In this document: positions 13,271 through 25,882 of the stretch, piece after piece | Position numbering within the stretch: the first letter of the stretch is position 1 | Layout of the letters: the number at the start of each line of letters is the position of its first letter | NCBI GenBank assembly: GCA_964016885.1 | Contig: OZ024740.1 | Span: forward strand, 306,466,001-306,530,000 | Source: Eledone cirrhosa | Taxonomy: Eukaryota | Direction: 5' to 3' | Length of the DNA stretch: 64,000 nucleotides | Program-made: the position numbers and the translations under genes | The notes under the pieces: model-generated | The model's input: only the letters and a program-made list of their open reading frames with translations | Database searches by the model: none | Told to the model about the DNA's origin: nothing

Positions 13271-14113
13271 AGAGAAAGCGACAGGACAAGCCCTGGAATA
13301 TGTTCTTGTTTTTGTAGATTTAGTTGCTATATATTAAGGAACGAATTACCATATAGAGACTCCCTCATCGGCTCATAAATGTTGAGGAGGCTACTGTTGT
13401 TTTGTCCCAAGTTAGCCCTGTTGAAGCTGGCCTATAAAGTCGATTAAATTGACCCCAGTGCATTACTGGTACTTTATTTTATCGACCCTGTAAGGATGAA
13501 AGGCAAAGCTAACCTCGGCGAGATTTGAAGTCAGAACGTAAAGGGCCATAACACAGTGCTGCACAGCATGGTGTCTGATACTGCCAATCCACCGCTTTAA
13601 GCTGGCCTATAAGCAAAAGCACTCCAGCCATGTCCATCCTGTCTTTTTTCTGGCGCAGTTCACCTTGGATTACATTATCGAATGCGTCCTATTTGCGATA
13701 GTAGGTGTGTAGGGCGGGGGAGGGGGATTTGACTTCTGTTTCTAGCAGTCGAGCGATCACGTAGAGGCTCACTCGTGTGCAATGGTGTAGTAGTGTAATA
13801 GTTTAGTGGTGTGATATAGTACAGTGCAATAGAGGGACTGTACTTAGTAATACTCGAATGAACAACACATATAATAATAGCATTTATATAATTAACAAGC
13901 AGACAAACCGAAAACAGCATAAGCACCACAATCACTTCTATTAACAACCCAAACAACAACAACGACGACAATCTTCTCACTAATCACATCTTATGATTAC
14001 TAATTACACTATGGCTGTGAAAAAAAAAAGATAGGATGGTCATGGCTAGAACATGGTCGACCAGGAACAACAACAACTACTACTACTACTACTATTACTA
14101 CTACTACACCACC

Positions 14114-14162
<49 letters not shown>

Positions 14163-14194
14163 ATGATTGTATTATAAAACCGTGGCAAGTGTAA

Positions 14195-14380
14195 TTGTTT
14201 CTACTTTTGGCACAAAGCCAGCAATTACCCCAGTGCATTACTGGTACTTTATTTTATCGACCTCGTAAGGATGAAAGGCAAAGTTAACCTCGGCATGATT
14301 TGAACTCAGACCGTAAAGGGCCGTAACTCTGTGCTGTAAAGCATGGCGTCCGACTTCTACCGATACTGACAATCCATCGT
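14195..14380 (-). mobile_element. SINE family 1 copy (another at 13435-13595)
   Basis: Reverse complement of the family core and tRNA-like head. Confidence 0.85.
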
Positions 14381-14600
14381 GGTAAAATGTAATGTTGCTG
14401 TGAATTCTCGGCGATCAAACTTTGTGAATTCGTTTCTATTTCTGCACAGAATGTTTCACTACAGTCTAAGCTGGAAAACCATGGGATCCGACTCAATATG
14501 TTTTAAAAATAGAGTTTCATGTTTACCTGAGAAACCACGAGAGTCATTAGTGTGTTAAGAGTTGTGTATAAACCACTACGAGAGAAACTAAGAGAAAGTG

Positions 14601-15269
14601 TAGTGGTTCTTAACCTTTTCTATCATGTCACCACTTGAAATTTTTAAATTCCATCCCGCTCCCCTAGGCCTAACAAATAAGACAAAAGAACTTGAATTTT
14701 CAAGTCAAATTATCAGCTACTTAACTGCTACCATTTAATTAATTAACTACTATGATTAATAAATACAAATTTTTGAAAATAACAGAAAATATCCAATCAA
14801 AATATTTTAATCTTTAATGTGACTTCTGTTCTTGATTCTTTGTCTTATGTTATATCTATGGATACATTTTTTCTCTCTTAAATTACATATTGTTAGGAAG
14901 TAAATATAAAAATATAAAAATCTGAAGACTCTGGTCGTTCGTTTGTTTTATCTTGAACTGTATCAGTTTCGTATCTGAAAAGAGGGTAATAGTCCTGAAA
15001 TATAATACTAAAATAAACTGGGGAGATTATTACTTTGTTTTGTTTCATTTATCATCATTTGCCCTTTGTGTTTTCTACCGCGTTGAACCGGCTTTTGAAA
15101 ATGTATCGAACTTTTAATACATAAAAAAGAACACTTGTATAAAGTTACAGCAAAAAAAGACAATAAATTTACCACTAAAAGTTTATTTTTTGTAGATATC
15201 TCCTAATATTGCGACCCAATTATTTTGCGACCCACTAATGGGTCGCGACTCGCAGTTTGAAAAACCCTG
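14601..15269. mobile_element. Non-autonomous hAT (Charlie-like) element
   Basis: Ends tagtggttcttaacc / gtttgaaaaaccctg, with the subterminal palindrome gcgacccactaatgggtcgc. No TSD is visible. Confidence 0.55.
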
Positions 15270-15879
15270 ATCTATAATATATGATTCTTCTAGTTTGACA
15301 ATAACCTGTTGTTTAGAATATGTGATTGATAGGATGGAGGATATGAATTGCAAAACCACCCAAGAAAGTTTCTATGAATATGCGTCATCATGATGCAGCC
15401 TCAGTAAAAAACCACTTAACTTTCAAGGTATGTGTGAAACATTTAAAGTTACAATATATTGAAGAGCAAGAGAACAGGACGTCAAAGTTTCGATTATCGA
15501 ACTTATCAACATTCTATGAATTTATCCAATTTTATAAAAGGCCCGTCGTTTAATTTCACAAGTGATCTGGTGAACTTCCAGTAGTTTATATTAGTTATAT
15601 AGTTTATATTCCAGTAGTTTATATCCAGTAGTTTATTAGCTAGAAATTGGTTACGCTATTCAGAAAACAAAAGAAGCCTTATGCCTCATGTAAGGTTACG
15701 TACGATATGAGGATGTTAATTGAAGTTTAGCGGAGAGAGTTTAATGACAGGAAAAAAAGTTTCTCACAGAGACAAGTTTTGTAAAGTATTGGCGTATGGA
15801 AGGTTAAAGTAATAAACAGTTCGCTCAAAATTTATATGACTTTTAAAAGAAAAGTGAAGAAGGAAGACCCCTTCAATCG

Positions 15880-16553
15880 TAAATGACCATGGAATTTGCA
15901 CATAGAAAGTTCCCCTCCGAGGCACAAATCCGGGTAATGTTGTTTGTAAAATACCAACAGTCGACCATTCATACCAGTCTCCCCTCTCCACGCCACCGAT
16001 GTTGTTCAAGAGAGAGGCAATGGCCAATACAGCTAAGCACAAGTGACATCACAACTCATTTCTACAGTTGAGTAAACTGGAGCAACGTGAAATAAAGTGT
16101 CTTGCTCAAGAACACAACGCATCACCCGGTCCGATAATCGAACTCACAACCTCCCGATTGCAAGCCCAATGCTCTAACTTAGCATTGATATAATGTTATG
16201 ATGATGCTAGCCACATGATTCGAGAGTATAGAGTTTAGTCTGTGGAACTTAGCATTCTATATCTAAAGTCTAAAGTCTGTCTTAAGCCAGGAGGTTCGTC
16301 AAGCCGGTGTTTATCCCGGTTTCGTGGCGTGAAGCGAATGAAAGTACAGGTTTTGCCCCTGGACAGGACGCTAGTCCATCGCAAGGTTAAACCCCCCACT
16401 ATTATTGGAATTCATTTTCAGCTGAGTTTCCTGGAACAACGGGAAATGAAGTGTTTCGTTCAAAAACCCAACACACAACTCAGTCCAGGAATCGAACTCA
16501 CAACATTATGATCGTAAGTACAGCACCCTTACGACTAGGTCACGTGCCTCCAT
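15880..16553 (-). mobile_element. Two SINE family 2 copies
   Basis: ctggagcaacgtgaaataaagtgtcttgctcaagaacacaac core at ~16075 and a diverged copy at ~16430. Confidence 0.75.
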
Positions 16554-16689
16554 ATACTCTCCTGATTTGTACCATATCTTGGGTGACGTTTCAAATAACA
16601 ATGATCAGAAGAAAGAGTGTGGACAACAGGGGAATGGATTGCTATCGATATTGAATTAAACAGGAATAATAATGGTATTGCGTTTTCAG

Positions 16690-17480
16690 AAGTTTGGTGC
16701 TTCTGTACAATCTTCTGGCTAACATTTGAATACAGCTGTTGCACTCTATGAATGGATATATTCAAGCTATGCAGCCTACCTTTTCAGACATTGAGCAAAT
16801 AACCAAGCAAATAAATCTAAAAGAACACAGGCGAGATCGTGTGTATGATTATTTCAGTGGTTTCGGCACTTTTGATCCAGTTATTGAATCTCAAATGCTT
16901 TTTTAGAAGTTTAAAAGCCAAACATTTCTTGCCATTATTGATAGCTTGCTTTCATTCCTGTCAAAATGCTATAAAGCTGAATGGTGCATTTGGATTCTTT
17001 CATCACTTATAGTCATTTTACATCCGAAGTGACTGTTATAAACTCCTGTCATATTATATCCAGAAGATCTGAAATAAAGACTCAGTAAAAATACTGATAT
17101 ATTAAAGCTGATGTTTCTTCTTATATTGTCGTAAAATAAGATTATGTAGGATTTACTGTTTGAACAATTATTTGGAGTCTTGTTTTTCAAGTGTAGAAAA
17201 TACATTGCATATCCCTTTATCACTTATTGACTTTGCCTTTCATCCTTACGGGATGGATAAAATAAAGTACCAGTAATGCACTGGGTAATTGCTGGCCTTG
17301 TGCCTAAAGTAGAAACAATTGTTAGCAAATACTGTGAAGGAAGCTCATCTTTAAAACTAAAAATGTATAAAAACTAACTCAGGAGCATCACGAGTCATAC
17401 CGGATTGGACAATCTCGTTGTAATAAACATTTCTGGGATCAACAAATCTGTTCACCATAAATTTAGAAAATCTAACTTTT
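16690..17480 (+). pseudogene. Highly degraded hAT transposase C-terminus (dimerisation domain), with a SINE inserted at 17225-17320
   Basis: 17330-17430 reads ~CEGSSS..LKMYKN*LRSITSHTGLDNLVVINI, like the hAT ERSFS.LK.IK.YLRS.M...RL..L motif. The left boundary is approximate. Confidence 0.45.
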
Positions 17481-17892
17481 AAATTGTTATTACTTTGCAA
17501 GTAAAATAATATGTGGACTCTCGAGTCTTGAATAACCCTTCCGCTCCATCGCCCCGCTTATTTTTTTCAGTTTTTTTCCACCACCCCCGCTCTTGTTCCA
17601 ACCACCTTCACTCCTGAATAATAAATTTTGCTAATCTATCTGAAATTTTATTTTAAGTGGTAGCATTCCTGCGACAATTAATCTTCTATATACATTAAAA
17701 AACATTATACATGACATAAAAGTATATTACAAGAAATCCCATGTTATAGATAACTAGGATGGGGGTCTCAATATGTAAACTAAACGACTAATTCTGGTTT
17801 TTAAAAAATCAATAGAGACAACCTAGAAAAATTACAGATTTTCCAACTTCCCCGTCGCAACTAAAATAAAAAAATAATGATGTTCAAAACAC

Positions 17893-18193
17893 CTTCTTCT
17901 TCTTCTTTTTCTTCTTCTTCTTCTCGCTCAATTATTCCTGAGAGGGTCGTGGGGGAACAGTCCTCAAACACTCCTTCCGGCGGGTCATGTCAGAAGCAAT
18001 CATTTCCAATTGATCCGGCTGGATTCCCCAAGCGAGACCAGGCAAGCTCATGAATGTTATCCAACCATCTTGATCGGGGTCTACCACTGAGCCTCCTGTC
18101 GGTTGGTTTTACCCGTAACATCTGTCCAGTGATTCTATCCTGAGACATTCTAACCACATGCCCATTGTGTCGGAGCTTTGACATCCAAAACAT
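17893..18193 (-). pseudogene. RTE-type LINE 3' end with (GAA)n tail
   Basis: KLRHNGHVVRMSQDRITGQML...GRPRSRWLDNI. A (ttc)n tract sits at the 3' end. Confidence 0.75.
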
Positions 18194-18483
18194 TAAAAAT
18201 GAAAATAATGCATCTAATGTAATGCTGTGAAAATGGCTTTTTAATTAAATTTGGGTGTTAAAAATATAAACAAAGTGATATAACTAAGTTAGGTTCTTAT
18301 CATTACTGAAACACATGGAACAGCGTAGCGTGACAAACCTGCGACTGTTTCTTCCAAACAGACAGTTGTTATTGTTCAAATACAAATGTATGGTGACGGA
18401 GGGTGAATACAAAACAGCTTTTTAAAGTATTAACACGTATCTTCGTATAATGGCGCACATTTTCAATATATATATATATATAT

Positions 18484-18524
<41 letters not shown>

Positions 18525-18529
<5 letters not shown>

Positions 18530-18736
18530 ATAATAATAAATTTGAAGACTAAAATCCAAAGAGGGCTCGATAAGGATAAATATATATCAAATATATAAGA
18601 ACCGTAGAGCAAAAATTTATTAAAATAACAGATTAAAGTTTAAGCAAAGAATCGCTGCTTTCACCCTTAACGGGATCTTCTGAAACTCCCGTTAAGGGTG
18701 AAAGCAGCGATTCTTTGATTAAACTTTAATCTGTTA

Positions 18737-18743
<7 letters not shown>
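18525..18743. mobile_element. Fold-back element between (TA)n tracts with hammerhead-like arms
   Basis: Arms ~18620-18675 and ~18688-18743. A near-identical copy lies at 51258-51500. Confidence 0.75.
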
Positions 18744-18805
<62 letters not shown>

Positions 18806-19199
18806 TCACCGTTTACCGTCTACTTTTCCACCCTGGCATGCGATATATATATATTCAAATTCCGATGATAGTAGTAGTTGGGGTGTGAGGTTTTGATGGT
18901 AATAATGATGGTCGTCGTGATTATGGTTGTTGTCATTATTATTAATTCCCACCACCACCGCCGCCGTCACCACCACTGCCACCATCATCATTATCGTTTT
19001 CCTCGTCGTCGTCGTCGTCGTCGCCATCGTCGTCGTCATCATCATCATCATCATTGTAGCGTCGTAATCTTCTACGTCAGGTTTGGGCAAGCGTTTTGGA
19101 TCGGGGACCACATTGACTGGGTCATGAACACCAGAGGGCCACACCATTTATTATTGGATATAGTGTGCCAGTAACCTTACTTTGCTTCAGTTAAAATTT

Positions 19200-21345
19200 A
19201 GAAAATATAAAATATAAACTGCATCATTATAATACATAAATTAATAAAATGATTAAATACAAAAATCTTAAAATAAATTTTTCTCTTAATTTATGTCTGT
19301 ACATCACAAAACATACCAGAAAACAATTTAATGAGACAAATACAGCTGTCACAATTTGTTACGATTCTTTTAAAATCTGGTACAAGGTTGCTGGTAGAAA
19401 TTACCAGCACTGGGTGCAGGTTTGTGTCTGAAATCATGGATCTGTTCACAGATGTAAGTTGACCCCAAAATAGAAAACAATCTGGCAGCAAAGCTTCTCA
19501 AACATGGAATCTTTTTCATCTGAAAGAGACTTGTAATGCTTTATTAATGGCACAGAATGAAACATTTCTTTGCTTGCATGTCAATTAGTTCAAACTGTAT
19601 TTCTTCCGGTGCTGCATCAACATCAGCAGTGAAAAGAAAAGTTAACATTGAATTCAGGCTCAATATTTTTGAAATCTGTAAACTTTCTTTCAAACTCCTT
19701 CTTTAAACTCATCAACAGATGCATCTCCTTTTGCAGGCACTTTCTCCTCCCCTAATAAAGAAAAATGGCAGAACTTGCCTTTACCTGCTTGCCTGGAGAA
19801 AAAAAGCAAGTTTTGCCTGAAAAGACTTGACATGCTTCTAAATATAAGCAAACAGATCCATTTGCTGCAAAGTCACATTCAGGTCATTCAGTTTATCAAA
19901 AATGTCAACTGCAAACATTAGTTCATATCTCCCGCCATCACGGGACATTTTTGTTACAAAGTCACAAGAAACCCCCTTCATGTCCAGAAAGAGAAGGATT
20001 TCTTCTCGCAACTCCCACACTCTCTTCAGCACTTTTCTCAGGCTCAACTACCGCACGTTATTGTGGTAGAGTATATCTCCATGTCTTCCAGCAGTGATTT
20101 GATCTGTAAGTGATTCAGTGCCCTTGCCCTAATAGAGTTTACTACATTTACCACCTGATCTACCACATGCTTCAAGTTCAGTGCAACTTAACACAGGCTC
20201 TCTTGGTGCAAAATGCAGTGGAAAGACCACATGGCATGATTAGAATGGCCTTTTCTGATCTTATTTTCAATGAGTTTCACCATGCCCACATGTTTTCCTA
20301 TTAATGCCTGGGCACCGTCCGTTGTCATGCTTGCCAACTTATCCCATCATAAAATATTTTTATCAACACAATTGAACACACATTCAAAGAAATCCTGACC
20401 TGTTGTGCTATTCATGGGTTTTAGTGAAAGGAACTCTTCTGTGACATGAACATTCTCATTCACTCCACGAATGAAGATGAGTAACTGAGCAGTGTCTTGG
20501 ATGTCAGTACTCTCATCTAGAGCTACAGAGTACCACATAAAATCTGCTGTCGATTCAACTCGTTACTTATTACATCAATGCGTCATACAATCGTTCGTCT
20601 TGATAATGAAATGCTTTCAAATTTACCTTTCACTTCAGGGTACACAGTGCTTGCGCAATTGATCATGCATTGTTTTAGAAACTCTCCATCCGAGAATGGT
20701 TTGTTGTTTTTTGAAAGATTGTATGCTACAATAAAACATGCTTCTACGGCACTCTCATGATGCGACGATAATTTTGTAAACATAGTGTTTTGCTTGTTCA
20801 GCTTTGTCACAAAATCCATTGCCTTTCTCCTCCGTTCTTCATCGGACATGTTGAGACTAAACTCCTCGTGTTTTGTTTGGTGATGTCGTTTTAAATTGTA
20901 GTCTTTGAACACAGCGATCGTCTCTTGACACAGCAAACATACCGCTTTATTCTCGGCACTGGTAAAGAAATACTTGTGTAGCCAATCTTCTTGGAATACA
21001 CAACATTCTTGGTCAAGTTTGCGCTTTTTAGCAGAAGTCATTATTACGGTCAGAAGACATTATGTCATGGCGTTGTTGTGGAAACGAAATGTGGATGTCA
21101 ACAGCTGCACATGCACAGTTGTTATGCTGTGCCTGTTATTTGAAATAAAATGGCCACTCCTGACCTCTGTCCCTCTGCTCTCACTGGTACAAAAACGTAA
21201 CAAGATCTAGTCTCGGCTAAAGTATTATATACGAAAATTTGTTGATTTTTATTTGTTTTGTTAATTCACCGAATGCTTCCACGGGCTGCACAAAACTATT
21301 TGATGGGCCACATTTGGCCCGCGGGCCGTAGTTTGCCCACCCCCT
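19200..21345 (-). mobile_element. hAT/Charlie (GTF2IRD2/SPIN-like) DNA transposon with frameshifted transposase (ATG at 21041)
   Basis: BED-like finger CLLCQE...NLKRHHQTKH, ISLSRRTI, YSVALDESTDIQDTAQLLIFIRGV, MTTDGA, LRKVLKRVWELREEILLFL. The 5' terminus is ggggtgggcaaactacggcccgcgggcc. The other end was not found. Confidence 0.9.
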
Positions 21346-21575
21346 TTCTACGCTGATGGTGTTTTTAGCGTAAAGCGAGTCATGGTAAAGCGTAAAGCGA
21401 GTGAATTATTCCGGTGTTTCCCCAGCGAGGTAACGAGAGTCTAAAATATGTCTAACACCAGTAACAACAGTTTCCTCGTTCTCATTGAAACGAGAAATTA
21501 AATGAGACAAGATAAGACTAATATACAAATCAAAATATCAGTGCTGGGCTATGAGGAAATGGGTACAGTATTCTT

Positions 21576-21900
21576 TCAGTCATTACCCAAGATTCTTGAC
21601 CATGTAAAGGTTGGCATGTATACTAAATTGAAGATAGCGAGTTTGATTTTCACACTTACCCCCTTTACCGAATGCTGAAGTTGGCGCATTACTTCACCAG
21701 TGCCAGCGATTCTTGCACATAATTCAGCCTCCTGCCTTTCCCCATTCGTGAACACGGCTCCGAGATACTTGAACTTCTCCACCTGCTTCAGTGGAACTCC
21801 ATTCGAATGTAGAGTGCGCTACGCAGGCTTCCTTGAGAGGAAAAGTGTCTCAGTTTTCGCAGAACTGATTTTTCATTCCTGTCGTGCAGCACTCGACATC
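21576..21900 (-). pseudogene. RTE-type LINE reverse transcriptase C-terminal fragment
   Basis: MKISSAKTETL...QVEKFKYLGAVFT...KIKLAIFNLVYMPT. Confidence 0.7.
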
Positions 21901-22059
21901 AACCTAGACTTGTGCCTACGTTTTACACAACCGCTAATATTTTCGTTGTGTTTGGAAGCCATAATTAGTGATAAATACAAGCAAAATAGGCTGGGAATTT
22001 TTCAAAATCACTGGAACTGCAGCCGCCATGTATATCCAAATATTTAGATGATTGCAAAG

Positions 22060-22985
22060 GGCGAGAGTTTGGTAGTGATGGATAGGGTGAGAGAGAATGA
22101 GAGAGAGAGTGCTGTATGATAAATATAGAGAGGGGGATAGGGGGGTTGGAAGAGTGCGTTATAAATTAAATGTAGAGAGAGGGAGAGTTTCTTGTTAATT
22201 GATTTAGAGAGGGGGAGTGAAAGAGAGTTCTGTGTAGTAGATATAGAGAGGGGGATAGTTTAGTGTAAATTGATATAGAGAGGGGGAGAGTTTAGTGTAA
22301 ATTGATATAGAGAGGAGGATTGGAAGAGAGTTCCGTGTAGTTGATGTAGAGATCGGGGGAGTTTGGTGTTAGTGAATAGAGTGAGAGGAAATGAAAGAGA
22401 GTATTGTATGGTAGATATCGAGAGGGGGGGGGGGGGGTAGTTTGGTGGTAATTGATAAAGAGAGGTGGATTGGGAGAGAGAGTTCCGTGTAATAAGTATA
22501 TAGAGGGGTAGATTTCAATGCTTGGGAGTTGGGAGGGATAAATAATGCTAAATATATAGAGGGGGACTCGATGAGGCATTGTCGTAAAATATATAGAGGG
22601 GGGTAGTTTGTGATGGCTAGAAAGAGAACGATTACGACAGCGTGTGATAGAGATGGCGATGGGGAGAGTTTGGAGATGATTGATATAAAGAGGGGGATTG
22701 GGAAAGTTTTGTATGTTAGATATATAGAGAGGGATAATGGGAAAGTGTCGTGTAGTAGATATAGAGAGGGTGAGAGTTTAGTGGTAATTGATATAGAGAG
22801 AGGAATTGGGAGAGATAAGTGTAGATATCTATGGAGAGGGATGACTGTATTAGTGTTAGATATAGATAGCGGGATAACAGAGGCGGTGTCGTGGTAGATA
22901 CAGAGAGGGGAGAGTTTGGTTTTAGTAAATACAGAGAGGGGATTAAAAGAGAGTTTTTTGTGATAGACATAGAGAGGAGGAAAGT
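22060..22985 (+). repeat. Degenerate purine-rich minisatellite (gatatagagaggggga-like units)
   Basis: Recurrent tagatatagagagggg...gagagttt motifs with strong G/A strand skew. Confidence 0.7.
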
Positions 22986-23036
22986 CTGGTGGTACTCTCG
23001 GGTCCCAAAAGTCAATACTGAAGTAGAGTTTAAATA

Positions 23037-23184
23037 TTCATTTATTATGGCAAAGTAACGAGCCTTATTACTCTGGAGTCTCACCTGAGTACTCACAGGA
23101 TCATCAGACAAGACTGGTGTTCCTGTGAGTGCTCAGGTGAAACTTTAGAGTAACAAATCTCACCAATAGCCATAATAAATGAAC
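23037..23184. mobile_element. Small fold-back with two divergent degenerate hammerheads
   Basis: Minus strand 23064-23112: cttgt-CTGATGA-t-cctgtgagtactcagg-t-GAGA-ctccagag-TA-ataag. The plus arm keeps GAAA but has CTGGTGT. Confidence 0.65.
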
Positions 23185-23304
23185 GTATATATATATATAT
23201 AGGTGGTGAAGAAATTGGGTATAATACCAGTTTCTTACCAAATGCGAAGAAGCTCGATTTATTAACCTCTTAGGAAAGGGCACAGAGCATAATTTTTTGA
23301 AAAA

Positions 23305-23341
<37 letters not shown>

Positions 23342-23602
23342 TAGATAGATAGAGAGAGAGAGATACAGTGGTGGTGAAACTGGGGTAATCCCCCCCCCCC
23401 ACCAATAATTATATTTTTCTCCCTAAACTACCAAAACACACATCTATTTGGATGTGCGCTACAATTTATGTTTATGTATATGTTATGTTTATAGCATATC
23501 GAAGTTTTAAGACCATTTTAGAGTACAAAGAGCTAAACTAATCACTACAACTAAATTTACCAAATCCGCCACCCCTCCAATTCAGAAACGTTTCCACCGC
23601 CC

Positions 23603-23690
<88 letters not shown>

Positions 23691-23729
23691 GGGCGGTGGA
23701 AACGTTTTATATATATATATATATAACCG

Positions 23730-24370
23730 AATGTATATATAGTGTATTTTGCAATACACTGTATGCTTAATTAAAAGCATTTTGAAAACCATACGCTATT
23801 GTTTTAAAATAGTGACAATGTCACTTATTTAAATTTTCAGCAAACAGGGGGAGATAAACTGACAGAGCTCTGTTTCGTACTTTTTTTCATCACTCCTCCT
23901 GTTTGCTGAAAATTATGTGTGTTGGATTCTTATAGAATTCCAGTAATAATCAGGAACTGATTATACAGAGCGGTCGCCGGTCCAGCAGAAATTGAAAATT
24001 AGAATTGGTGCTCTGAAATAGCGATAAATTTAAATAAGTGACATTGTCACTATTTTAAAACAATAGCGTATGGTCTTCAAAATGCTTTCAATTAAGCATA
24101 CAGTGTATTGCAAAATACACTATATATACATTCATATATATATCGCTATTTCAGAGCACCAATTCTAATTTTCAATTTCTGCTGGACCGGTGACTGCTCT
24201 GTATAATCAGTTCCTGATTATTACTGGAATTCTATAAGAATCCAACACACATAATTTTCAGCAAACAGGAGGTGTGGTGAACTTTGATAAGTTCCAAAAA
24301 GTACGAAACAGAGCTCTGTCAGTTTATCTCCCCCCTGTTTTCTGAAAATTTAAATAAGTGAAAATTTAAA
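23730..24370. mobile_element. Internally inverted repeat family carrying a U3-A8 hammerhead (24280-24324 +)
   Basis: aact-TTGATAA-gttc-caaaaa-gtac-GAAA-cagagctctg-TC-agtt. 23730-23836 is inverted at ~24026-24133, and 23911-24025 at ~24143-24260. Confidence 0.7.
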
Positions 24371-24940
24371 TAAATTCATACTTATAAACCAACTTTCAAA
24401 ATTTTCAAAACAAAATCATATGGTGTTGTTCATGTTTTTCTTAATGTTATTGCTGCTACTTAAGGTCGATTTCTAAATCATTTGAGTGTTCCATAAACTA
24501 CATCCTCGTTTTGTTTCTCATCTATATATTAACCTGTAATTCATGTCTAATTTCTGTTGCACCTCATTTCCCTCCCCTCCTCTCTCTCTTTCTCTCTGTG
24601 ATATTTGAATCTACTATGATTTGGGCTTACGTTATTCATATATATATCTTTTTGTATCTCAGATTCAAACTTATACTGATTGGCATTATATATATATATA
24701 TATATATTTATATGTAAGTATGCATGTATACGTACATACATATATGTATACAGACGTACAGTAGCATGCACATATATATATATATATACATATGCATACA
24801 GGTACACATACATATATGCACGTATCAGTTTAGCGGCGCTAACGTCGCTTTGTTCGTTTGTAAACAAACTGAACAGCCTGAATTTATGCCATACGGTGTT
24901 AAGGCAACCACGTCACCTTTGTGTTCAACACTGACACAGG

Positions 24941-24985
24941 AACGATGTACTAGTTTCAAGCTTGTTAGCTATCATCAGCACCGTT
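24941..24985 (-). ncRNA. Array hammerhead, minus strand (second copy at 25399-25443)
   Basis: Reverse complement: aacggtg-CTGATGA-t-agct-aaca-agct-t-GAAA-ctag-TA-catcgtt. Confidence 0.85.
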
Positions 24986-25837
24986 TACCCATCTGCCAGA
25001 TAGTTGAACGTTCGAAAGTATATACTTTCCTTATGAAAATTAACGGCTGAGCAGCCTAATTTGCATATTGAGTGAGTTAAATCGGTCAGGCATACCGAAA
25101 ACGATAAATTGAAACAAAATGAAAACGAAATTTCATTTCTCACTCTTAGTATGGCACTTACTTAAATGTAAGTATGCATGTATACGTACATACATATATG
25201 TATACAGACGTACAGTAGCATGCACATATATATATATATATATATACATATGCATACAGGTACACATACATATATGCACGTATCAGTTTAGCGGCGCTAA
25301 CGTCGCTTTGTTCGTTTGTAAACAAACTGAACAGCCTGAATTTATGCCATACGGTGTTAAGGCAACCACGTCACCTTTTTGTTCAACACTGACACAGGAA
25401 CGATGTACTAGTTTCAAGCTTGTTAGCTATCATCAGCACCGTTTACCCATCTGCCAGATAGTTGAACGTTCGAAAGTATATACTTTCCTTATGAAAATTA
25501 ACGGCTGAGCAGCCTAATTTGCATATTGAGTGAGTTAAATCGGTCAGGCATACCGAAAACGATAAATTGAAACAAAATGAAAACGAAATTTCATTTCTCA
25601 CTCTTAGTATGGCACTTACTTAAATGTAAGTATGCATGTATACGTACATACATATACGTATACAGACGTACAGTAGCATGCACATATATATATATATATA
25701 CATATGCATACAGGTACACATACATATATGCACGTATCAGTTTAGCGGCGCTAACGTCGCTTTGTTCGTTTGTAAGCCGTTAATTTTCATAAGGAAAGTA
25801 TATACTTTCGAACGTTCAACTATCTGGCAGATGGGTA

Positions 25838-25882
25838 AACGGTGCTGATGATAGCTAACAAGCTTGAAACTAGTACATCGTT
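25838..25882 (+). ncRNA. Array hammerhead, plus strand (also 26292, 26746, 27204, 27662, 28120; 45 nt each)
   Basis: 7-bp stem I aacggtg/catcgtt (one G-U), stem II agct/agct, palindromic stem III ACTAGT, GUA cleavage triplet with predicted cut after 25875. Confidence 0.85.

Noticed and set aside
25040-25110. Possible second, opposite-polarity hammerhead in the unit (CTGAGCA-gcct...aggc-atacc-GAAA-acgaTA)
   Set aside because: The core has C at G8, there are five extra bases before GAAA, and stems I and III are not convincing.
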